Origin: Cenococcum geophilum
Taxonomy: Eukaryota
Reading direction: 5' to 3'
Length of the DNA stretch: 64,000 nt
Assembly (NCBI GenBank): GCA_050273025.1
Contig: CP158635.1
Location: 16,864,001-16,928,000 of the forward strand
The stretch's first letter is position 1; every line of letters begins with the position of its first letter. The notes under the pieces are model-generated. The model saw nothing but the letters and a program-made list of their open reading frames with translations. It had not been told where the DNA came from and searched no databases. Of the stretch, positions 1-11,500 are shown in pieces. A program made the translations under genes and the position numbers.

Positions 1-272
1 GTAGTACTATATTAACTAATTTTCTAGCTATATAACTAGCTTAGCGTGTTTTAGTATACTATAATGAATATAATACGCAATACTATTGCCAGGAGTTATA
101 ACTGCCTTAAATTAGATACTAAGGCCGTAGTAAAGAAAGTAAAGGAACTACTTAAGGATAACTGCTTTATACTTAGTGGCCTAGTTAGTACTCTATCTTT
201 TACTATACCTAACTAATTAAGGCTAGGATAGAGAGATAAGATTTAGGGCGCCGATTATTGCACTATATATTA

Positions 273-698
273 TATAACGGAACCTTGTAGCAAGAACTAC
301 GATAGGCTTATTATTGGGCTAGGTGTGTAGGAAATATAAGTATAAAAGTCAACAACATAATAACAACTGGTGGAGTGGTTGCCCAACAGATTAACTCCAA
401 TTATATTCTGAGAATCACTACAAAGGAAGGAACTATTTAGGTAGGGACTAAGGGTCCTTAAATACACAACCATACTCCTATAAAATCCTTCTTATATATA
501 ATATACGTTTTATATATAAGGTACGTAAGTTCCTCTCGTTCCTTTTATTTAATACGTAGCATATTATATAACCTTAGTTACTATTCCTTGTTATATAGTT
601 CTATTGGCTCTATCCTAAACCGTGCCTAAATTAACTAACTAGCTTCTTCCGTCTCTTTTCTAAGTAGTTATAACATTGTACTTAAAGCGTCCGTAATA
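273..698 (-). repeat. E1 3' LTR
   Basis: Direct repeat of 7802-8227; termini are RIP-decayed TGTTAC...GTTACA. Confidence 0.95.
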
Positions 699-806
699 CC
701 ATCTCCCTCCTCTTTATCTTTATCCTTAAAGATTTAAAACATCTCTAAGTCGTTTACTAAAGGTATAATATCCGTCTGATTAATTTGGTTAATATTATTA
801 CTTATT

Positions 807-1458
807 ATGCCTAAAGCAATTTCTTCTTTATACGCCCAACGTCGTGCTCGCACTATTGCTGTAATATTATCTCTTAGTAAGATTATGCCGTCTCTATATT
901 CTCGTTACTTAAAAGAGGGGTTGGTTTATATTATATTGGCGAACCCATCTTCACAACAACTATTTTCTTGCTTAGAGTGTACTAAAGCAAATATTCGTTT
1001 ATCCTATAACGTTCGCTCTACTTCTAATACTAAATATACGCGATCTATTACTCTTAATAGTCGTCTAGTTCTCTAATTAATTTATCTTAGGGTCTTATAT
1101 TTAATCTACTGCTATGCGGCTAAATAGTAAACTGTTATAAGCCCTTGCTAAGTTAGAACGTTCCTATAACGCGGAATAAAAGGCTCTAAATACTTAAATT
1201 GCGGCATCTACTCGTCTGCTTTATCTTAAAAAGGTTTATAAGAAGGTTTGTTTTAAGGAGTAGAAACTTATAAAATAAGGTTTATAGGAACTAGGCAATA
1301 AAAGAACGGACTTTCCTCTAACAGAGAAGGAAACAGATCTAAGTAGTTTAGTAACTGCTCTTCTTAGATCCCCCTTAGGTAACTTATTCTTTAGCAATCC
1401 TTTTTTATTAATACTGCCTAACCTAATCTCTTCTAATACTCCTATACCTTTCCTATAG
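807..1458 (+). pseudogene. Antisense accessory gene of E1: Zn2Cys6-like cluster, probable intron, coiled-coil exon
   Basis: ORF track 807-1076; de-RIP spacing C-x2-C-x6-C-x13-C-x2-C-x8-C; homologous copies in E2, E4 and E5. Confidence 0.65.
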
Positions 1459-4400
1459 CGTTCTTTAAATTCTCTAGTAGCTCCTAGGTAGTCTTAGTAT
1501 AGCCTATCCACTTAACCTCGTACTATGTTTTATTGTCAATGTTCTTATAATTAATAATCTTTAATACTTACTATTCGTCTTCTTCTTATCCTCTATACGT
1601 GTCTACTTTATAGACCGGTGGCTTAACATTTCTATATACTGGCTTTAGCATTGCGATATACTATATAGGGTAGATCTTCATTTTAGCTAGTAGGTTTAAC
1701 TTAAACGTGACCGGTGAAATCTTCTGCATAATTTCGAAAGGTCCTAGTTTAACATAGTTTAACTTCTTGCTTAGTCGTTAACTCTTAAAATTTTTATATA
1801 GTAGCCATACTTTATCTCCCTCCTTAAGATCTAGTCCCTTAGATCTCTTAGTATTATAGTACTTTTTTATTCTTTCTTATACTTTCTTTACTAATTCCAT
1901 AAGGTCTATATAAAGATTTATTAATATCTTTATTCTTTCTTTAGCTATACTACTCGTTTTCTTTACTTGCCGTAGTAACAACGATATTCTTAGCTTATAT
2001 CCGTAATTTGCCTTAAATAGTAATATGCCTATTTCTTCTTAAGGTGTTATATTATATGTAAACTATATAACTAGTAACAGTAATACCTAATTATTCTATA
2101 TATAATTAATATAATGCCTTAGATACTGCTCTAGTATCTAATTTAATTTTTCTATTTAACCGTCTGTCTGCGGATAGTATACGGTAAAAGTTACTACTTA
2201 AACTCCTTGCTTTGCTAAGAATACTTCCTAGAATACTGCTATAAATCTTAAATCTCTATCCGATATAATTTTACTTAATACTTTATATCTTATAAATACT
2301 TCTTTAATATAAATTCTAGTAATATCTTCCACTAATATTTCTTCCGTATAGGCTATAAAGTATCCCTACTTTATAAGCTTATCTATTATTACTAAAATCG
2401 CGTTATAATCTTATCCGGTAATAGAATCTTTTAATTTTAGTAACTTAATAATAAAGTCCCATAATATAACCTCCTATAGTCTTTTTAGTGTTTTAATAGG
2501 TTATAGCCCTCTATACAGCTTATACCTTATCGGTTTATTCCTTTAGTAATCTAAATATTCCTTTATAACTTTTTTAGCTATCCTCTAGATTCTATTAATA
2601 ATATACTCCTCCTAAAGTTTTAACACTAAGCCCGTAGCTCTATTATGTCCTTAAGTTAGTCCCTTATAGAAGTCTTTTATAAACTACTCTGCTATGCTTT
2701 TTAGGATATACTTTACTTTTTAATTTTTGTATATATCCGTCTATAGATCTTCTAGCTATACTTCTAGAATTCTTTATACCTAAAAGCTTTCCAGTATCTC
2801 ATAGACTTTCTCTAGTTTATTATCTTCTTAAGTTACTACAATTCTCGGATAATTATATCTAATTAATCCGTCTATATCTTTTCACAATAAAGCCCCTAAT
2901 GGCTTCTTCTTATTTTATAGTTTAGTTTTACGGCTTAGAGCATCTACCCGCGTATTATCTATACCTTTAGTATACTAAATCTTAAAATAGTATTCTATAA
3001 GCATCTCTACCCATCTAACCTATCTTTAGTTAAGTTTCTTTATTATTAGGAATCCTATTAGGTTCTTATAATCCGTCTTAACTATAAATAGTTTCTTTAT
3101 GCCTTATAAAAATGCTTTCTATTCCTTTAATACTATAACTATACCTAACAACTCCTTATTATAGATGTTATAGTTTAACTCTAGTAGTATTATCTTTTAA
3201 CTATAGTATGTTACTAGGTGCTATCTATCCTAATACCTTTATATAAAGCATGCCCTTAGTATATAGTTTAATATATCCGTCTTTACAACCGTCTCTAGTC
3301 CTAGTTAATAGATCTTAAAAACTGGCTCCTAGGTAAACAATTCTTTAACTTTTTTAAAGAGTTTTCTTTACTCCTCTCCCTATACCCATAGTTTTTCTTT
3401 CTTTATTAACCTTGTAAGTGGCTTAATATCCTTTAACTACTGCGCTATAAACCTTCTGCAGTAATTACAAAACCCTAAAAACGATCTTAACTATATAACG
3501 TTCTCTAGTTTCTACCAATTTACTATAGCCTTAATCTTCTTTAGATCTATACTAAATTAGCCTAGTTTAATAATAAATCCAATAAAATCGGTCTTCTTAG
3601 TAAAGAACTTGCATTTCTTAATTACTACTAGCATCTATTCTTCTTATAATCTCTTTAAAACCTATTTAACATATTCCCCGTATTCTTCCTTAGTTAATAA
3701 GTAGATAATAATATTGTTAAAATATACCATAATAAATTTATCTAAGTATTCTCCTAATACATTATTAATACGCTTCTAGAATATTGCTAGTGCGTTTATA
3801 AGTCCAAATTGTATAACTAATAGTTTATATAGTTTTTCCTTTAACCTAAAGGCTGCCTTTTATTTATTGCCCTCCTTAATCCTAATCTAATAGTACACCC
3901 ATCTTAGATCTATCTTTATAAAGATTTACGCATTACCTATTCTATCTTAGATTTCGCTAATTAAGAGTAAAGAATACCTATTCTTTCTAGTAATGCTATT
4001 TAACTATCTATAGTTAATACATAGCCTTAGTTTGCTATTTTTCTTTAGTACAAATAGTATTAGATATCCTGCTAATAACTATAATAGTCTAATATATCCC
4101 TTTTATAAGTTCTCTTAAATAAACTCTTTTAATACTCTACCTTCTTTTTTAGTAAGCTTATAGATTAGAAAAAACCTTAGACTTATTCCTAGTTCTAATT
4201 CTATCTTATAGTCCTATACTATATATTTTAATAGCTTTTTACTTTCTAGTAACTATAGTTTCTTACCATACTTATAGTATCTCTTTAGTATATAACTTAG
4301 TCCTTTTTCTATTTCTTTATAGGTTGCTCCTACTTAGTATTATACTAACTTAGCTTATTATCACCTCTTATAACATTAAGTATCTCTAATATTAACCTAA

Positions 4401-7400
4401 CCTATAATCCAATCAATCCTTAGATTATATTCCTATAACTAAAGTATACCTAATACTGCCTTATCCTGTCCCAATAGTAGGATATTAAAAGACACTTTAA
4501 TTTATCTTCCTTTAATAGTTATTTAAATAGGTCCTGTTTTAAGATTAATAATCCCTCCTCTATAGGTTATTAGATCTCCTAAAATTATAACTAATAGGTA
4601 AGATTACTCCCTTTATCTATAAGGTAGTCCTATTCTCTTAACTACTGCTAGTAAAATATGGTTTTGCGTTACTCTACTATCTATTAGCGCTTTAAACTGC
4701 TAGTCTTACTAATTAATTTATAAATTTAGGTATCATTCCTAAATTCCTTTAAGGGTCTAAGGCTCTACCACTGGCTCCCTCTAATCCTATAGGCCTCTAC
4801 TTTTCCTAACTATTAGCTACTTAATCCTAGTGCACTTAGCTCGCTCTTTAGCTAATGCCTAGTTCACTTTTTATCTTTAATATGCTATAAATACATATTT
4901 TCTAGGTATTCCTACCACTGTTATCCGTCTAAGCATTCTTCCATAAGGAATCTTTCTGGTTAAAGTACTAAACTTCCTTCCTTTTAGACCTCTGCTGGAT
5001 GCCATCTATATATATATTTGGCATTCCTATACTATTATTTATCCATTATCCAGTATATCCTTATAGGGTATTTCCAATTTTTTTTCCTTTAGATTCTTAT
5101 GCATTTTGTATATATCGTCTACATACGTAATTTATAATAACGTATAATATACTAGGTGCTTTAGGTTAACTTTTAGCTCGTCTTTATTCCTAAGTTTAAA
5201 CCTTTATTATGCTAATCTAAACGTTATAACTTTATTCGCAGGTACTAAGATACGTCTCTTACTTCTCTAGTCCTCTAAACGTTCCTCTAGATCCTTTAAC
5301 GTTATAATTAAGACTCCTTTAATATGCGTTATAGCCTTCTCTATAATTAGGTAGTTTTAAATAACTTTTTTATCTAACTACATATAGAAATCTTCCTACT
5401 TATTATTATGCCTTTGCCTATACTACTTTTAGTATAGCTGCTAGAGTATATACGGTCTGTCTATAAGGAAGTATTTTTTTTATTACTGCATTATAATAGC
5501 CCTTTATACATCGTTCCTTAAACCTAGTTAGAATTTCTAGATTCTCTTTATCTTCTAGTTTAGTAAGCTACTTAGCTCTTAGTGTGCCTACTCTTAGTCT
5601 ATTAGTAATTCTTTATACTAGTACTCTATCCTTTATACGTCCTAATATGCTAGATCTCTTATCTAGCTTCTATCCTTACTATACAATAATTCTTTACCTA
5701 AACTCTTCTATGGTTTCTTTTGGTTTACGCCTTATACTCTAATCCTTAAAGTTGTCTTGCTTCTTAATCCTAGTATTAACTTTTTAATCTTTAGTTTAAA
5801 CACTTCGTTTAACTAGTAAATCCTCTAGGTTTATATATTCATCTTCTAGTCTAATTACTATTTATACCGCAGATTCTCTAATCTATAAAGAAGCTCCTTA
5901 CCTCTTGTCTATAGGTGTCCTAATTTATACCCTAAATTCTTAACCCCTTAGGCTCTTTAATCCTAAGCTTGCTTTTAACTTAAGCTTAGCTCTAGCCTTA
6001 GTCTAACTAGGCTTACTTAGTGTTTTTATTTCATTTTAAGAGTCTTAAATCTCACTCATCTTATCTTAAGAATCTTATACCTATAGGAACTTTCGTCCCA
6101 AGCTCATTTATATATTTTTAAACTAAGCTACTGCTCTACTCTATCGGTTATTGTCCATTATAGGTCCTTAAGCTTACCTTATCTCGTTTTAAGAATTTTA
6201 GTTATCTTTTATCTCGCTATAAGAATCTTAAGCCTTTAGCCTTTTGCCTTTATTAAGTGCCAAAGTGGTTTACTATCCTACTTCTCTTACGTCTTATAAA
6301 GCGATAGACACTATATCTAGTAGGGTTTCAATCCCTACTAATGTTCCCTATTCTATAGTAAAATCATCCTCTACCTCTAGTATAATATCTCTAAGGTCTA
6401 CTTGCTCCTAATAAGCGGCCCTTATTACCTTATCATTATAGAATATTTTACCTAGGTTAAATTCATCGTCCTTAATATCCAATCTACGAACTAGTTTATT
6501 AGTTCCTCTATATTTTATAGGTACTAGCTCTTATAGCTAATAGCTTACGCCATACTTAGTATCCTTATAAATTTAGTATACGTTATTATAACAAAACGCA
6601 AAGCTTTTAATTAAATATTCTTTTATTCCTTATAGCACATTATTATCCCTTTATATATATATATCGTTTGCTAGTCTTATACCTTTTACTATATAGTAAC
6701 TCTACCTACTTCTATAGTTTCTAATATAATAACCCTATTTTCCGCAATTTATATAAGCTCCTTCTTTAAACCATTTCTCTTACTATAGAGTCCGCCTAAA
6801 TATCTTCTACTATTAAGATCCCTAATTTAGCCTCTACTCCTTAAACCTTTAATCACTTAATTTTTGTCCTCTAGGTTTCCATAGTTTACTCTATTTCTTA
6901 TAGGTTTCTTTAGTGCCACTTAGGTCTATTAGCTCTGCGCCATACCATAGTTTCTAACTTAGCTTTTATCGTTATATACTTTACGCCTTATATAACTATA
7001 GAACTCTATCCTAGCCTCTCTTAGCCTATTCCCTTTAGTAGATCTAATTATTAATCTTAATCGCCTAATCTATTAGTTCTCTTAGGGTATCCACATCTTC
7101 CATTAGGATAATCACGTCCTAGACTTTAGCCTTAAGTCCCTATTTATACTATGCTATAAGCGCCCTATTATTCCACTCTACTTATATTGCTAGTGTCTGG
7201 AACTATATCATATACTTAATTACTAAAGTTTATTACATAAGGTTCTAGAGTTTTTTTTCCGCTATAGTTATTTCTTCCAGGTCTCTAAATATCTGCGTAA
7301 GTTATTCTATAAATCCTTCCTAACTTAAGAATATAAATCGCACGTCTTAGTTAGTGGTCGTCATTCCGTTTACCTATATCTCCGTAAGGTAAGGTTTAAA

Positions 7401-7757
7401 CCATTTAAGTGCTTTTCCTAATAAGAATAGTCCTGCGTAGGCTATCCGATCCATAGGTATAGGTAACTTTACTCCCTTTTATAAGACCTTAAAGTGCATC
7501 TGCGTAAGGAATCCTTTAAGCTTTAACCTCTCTCCTATAAATCTCTTAATTAATAGTAGCTTAATCTTTACTGCTCCTATCCCATTAAGTCTTTCTTCTA
7601 ATACTACATTATTAGCTATTAGCTAGTTAACTATTTTTTATAGCTGTTTAACCGTCACAGGTTGCTATAAGTTAGTATCTACTATACTAGTATTACCTCC
7701 TATCCTTAAAGTAGTTGCTGCCGTTAATAGCGTTATAGTAGCTGCTTTTAGTAGCAT
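1391..7757 (-). pseudogene. E1 gag-pol pseudogene (Gag with CCHC knuckle, extended linker, protease, RT, RNase H, integrase, chromodomain)
   Basis: ATG at 7757 (MLLKAA, de-RIP MPPKAA); degenerate LIDSGAT, YxDDII and HPQTDGQTE-type motifs; many RIP stops. Confidence 0.9.
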
Positions 7758-7801
7758 ATTATTTAACTTCTTATATTAATATTATAACTAGGTAGTAATT
7801 A

Positions 7802-8227
7802 TATAACGGAACCTTGTAGTAAAAACTACGATGGGCTCGTTATTAGGCTAGGTGTATAGGAAATGTAAGTATAAAAGTTAACAACGTAATAATAACTAGT
7901 GGAGTGGTTGCCCAATAGATTAACTCTAATTATATTCTAAGAATTACTACAAAGGAAGGAACTATCTAGGTAGAGACTAAGGGTCCTTAAATATACAACC
8001 GTACTCCTATAAAATCCTTCTTATACGTAATATACGTTTTATATATAAGGTATATAAGTTCCTCTCGTTCCTCTTATTTAATACGTAGCACATTATATAA
8101 CCTTAGTTACTATTCCTCGTCATATAGTTCTATCGGCTCCATCCTAGACCGTGCCTAAATTAACCAACTAGCTTCTTCCGTCTCTTCTCCAAGTAGTTAT
8201 AACATTATACTTAAAGCGTCCGTAACA
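7802..8227 (-). repeat. E1 5' LTR
   Basis: Ends GCGTCCGTAACA followed by TSD TATTA. Confidence 0.95.
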
Positions 8228-8536
8228 TATTAAGCGCGTGTTCTTTAATACTAGGCTAAGGTTACTTACCCTTAATAGAAATAGTACTAACCTTTTTTTG
8301 CCTATTATAGCTAGTATAATATAGCTTATATATATAGCGATTTAATATACGCTTAAGGACTATAGAAGCGGAATATAAGTTATTTATAAGTTTAAAGCTA
8401 ACGCTATAATTACAGGTAAAACTATAGAAAGCCTCTTACTATACTTGCTAAAGCGTATTATAAATAGTTAGGAGTAACGTTAGAATACTTAAAAGAGCTA
8501 CTAACTTAAGCGTAATAAAAGGCTATATAGGCTACT

Positions 8537-11500
8537 TATTACGGACGCTTTAAATATAATATTACGACTACTAGGAGAGGAGTTGGAAAAAGCTAATTAG
8601 TTAATTTAGGCACGGTCTAGGATGGAACTAGTAGAGCTATATAATGAGGAATAGTAGCTAAGGTTATATATAGTATATACAGTATATAAAGGGAATGTAC
8701 GTATAATACGTATAATACGTACCTTACGTATAAAGGGGATTTCTTAGGAGTACGGTTATATATTTAAAGGACCACAGCCTCTACCTAGATAGTTCTCTCC
8801 TTTGTAGTAAATCTTACAATATAATTAGAGTTAATCTATTAAGCAACCACTCTACTAGTTATTATTACGTTGTTAACTTCTTATTTACCTATATACCTAG
8901 CCTATTAATAAGTCTATTATAGTTCCTGCTATAAGGCTTTGTTATATATTTACTACTAAGGTTACGGTATTAATAAAGTCGAATAATATACCACTAAAAG
9001 CAGCCACTATAACGCCATCGACGGCGGCAACTACTTTAAGATTAGGAAACGACACCAGTATGGCGGATACTAACTTATAGCAACCTATAACGGTCGGACA
9101 ACTATAAGAGATAGTCAACCAGTTAACGGAAAATAATATAATATTAAAAAATAGGATTAACGGGATAGAAGTAGTAAAGATTAAGTTACTATTAATTAAA
9201 AGGTACTTAGGAGAAAGATTAAAACTTAAAGGATTCCTTATATAAATGCACTTTAAGGTTATGTAAGAAGGAGTAAAGCTGCTAATACCTATAGATCGAA
9301 TAGCATATACGGGACTATTCCTATTAAGTAGAGCACTTAAGTAGTTTAAGTCTTACTTTATAAAAATATAGGCGAACGGAATAACAACTACTAATTAAGA
9401 AGTGCGGTTTATATTTATAAGCTAGGAAGGGTTTATAGAACAACTTATATAAATATTTAGAGACCTAAAGGCAGTAACCACAGTAAAAAGAACACTTTAA
9501 GATATTACGCAACAAACCTTAGCAATTAAGTACATAACGTAGTTCCAGACGTTAGTAATATAAGTTAAGTGGAATAATAAGGCGCTTATAGCATAGTATA
9601 AGTAAGGACTTAAGGCTAAAGTCTAGAACGCGATTATCCTAATAGAAGATGCAGAAACCCTAAGGGAACTAATAAATTAAGTAATTAAAATTAATAATTA
9701 GATCTACTAAAGGGAATAGGCTAAAAGAGGCTAAAATGGAGTTCTATAGTTATATAAGGCGCAAAGTACGCAATAACTAAAGCTAAGTTAAAAATTATAG
9801 TATAGCGTAGAGCTAATGGACCTAAGTAGTACTAAAGAATTTAAAAGATAGAATAAGAAATTATAGAAACCTAGAGGACAAGGATTAAGTAATTAAAGGT
9901 CTAAAAAGTAAAGGCCGAACTAGGGATTTTAGCAGTAGAAGACGTTTAGGCGGACTCTATAATAAGAAAAATGGTTTAAAGAGGGAGCTTATATAAATTA
10001 CGGAAAATAGGGTTATTACGTTAAAGACTATAAAGGTGGTTAGAGTTACTATATAGTAAAAGGAATAAGACTAGTAAATAATATATATATATAGAGGGAT
10101 AATAATATACTACAAGGAACAAAAGAGTATTTAATTAAAAGTTTTGCGTTTTATTATAATAACGCATACCAAATTTATAAGGACGCTAAGTATGGCGCAA
10201 GCTATTAGCTATAGGAGCTATACTTAGCAAAATATAAAGGAACTAATAAACTAGTTCGCAGATCGGACATTAAGGACAATAAATTTAATATAGGCGAAAT
10301 ATTCTATAATAATAAGGCAATAAAAGTAGTTTACTGGGAGTATATAGACCTTAGAGATATTATATAAGAGGTAGAGGATAATTCCACTATAGGATAGGAA
10401 ATATTAGTAGGGATTAAGACCCCACTAGATATAATGTCTATCGCTTTATAAGACGTAAAAGAAGTAGGACAGTAAGCCACTTTAGCACTTAATAAAGGTA
10501 AAAGGCTAAAAGCTTAAGAATTTTAAGATAAGATATAAGATAACTAAGATTCTTAAGACGAGATAAGGTAAGCTTAAGGACCTATAACGGACAATAACTA
10601 ATAGAGTAGAGTAATAGCTTAGTTTAGTAATATACAAATAAGCTTAAAATGAAGTTTCCTAAAGGTATAAGACTCTTAAGACAAAATAAGTAAGATTTAA
10701 GACTCTTAAGACGAGATAAGAATACTAGTAAAGCCTAGTTGGACTAAGGCTGGAGCTAAGCTTAAGATAAAAGTAAGCTTAGGATTAAGAATCTTATAGG
10801 ACTAAGATTTTAGCAATAAAATAAGGACTATTAAAGATATTACGAGCAAGGCTTAGCAATTAGATTAAAATATTAATACTAAAATTAAGAAGTAAGAAAA
10901 CTTTAAGGATCTATTTATAAGACGCAAACCAAAAGAAACTATAGAAGAATTTAGATAAATAATTATTATATAGCAAGAACAGAAACTAGATAAGAGATCT
11001 AGTATATTAGGTTGTATAAGGGACAGAGCACCTATATAAAGAATTACTAATAGGTTTAGAGCAGGCATATTAAGAGCTAAGTAGCTTACTAAACTAGAAA
11101 ATAAAGAGGATTTAGGAATCCTTACTAGATTTAAGGAACGACATACTAAAGGCTGTTACGACGTAGTAATAAGAAGATACTTCCTTATGGATAAGCCGTA
11201 TACACTCTAGTAGCTATACTAAAAGTAGTATAGATAGCAACACAACGATAAGTAGGAAGATTTCTATATATAGTTGGATAAATAAGTTATCTAGGACCAC
11301 CTAATTATAGAGAAGGCCATAACTTATATTAAAGGAGCCTTAATTATAACGTTAAAGGATCTAGAGGAATAATTAGAGGACTAAAAAAGTAAAAGGTGTA
11401 TTTTAGTACCTATAAACAAAGTTATAACGTTTAGATTAGCATAATAAAGGTTTAAACTTAAAGATAAAAATAAGTTAAGAGTTAACCTAAAGTACCTAGT

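Larger units (their letters stand above)
273..8227 (-). mobile_element. E1: full-length RIP-inactivated Ty3/Gypsy (chromovirus) LTR retrotransposon, subfamily A
   Basis: Two 426-bp LTRs (273-698, 7802-8227); TSD TATTA at 268-272 and 8228-8232; PPT complement CCATCTCCCTCCTCTTT next to 698; PR-RT-RH-IN-chromodomain order on the minus strand. Confidence 0.97.
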
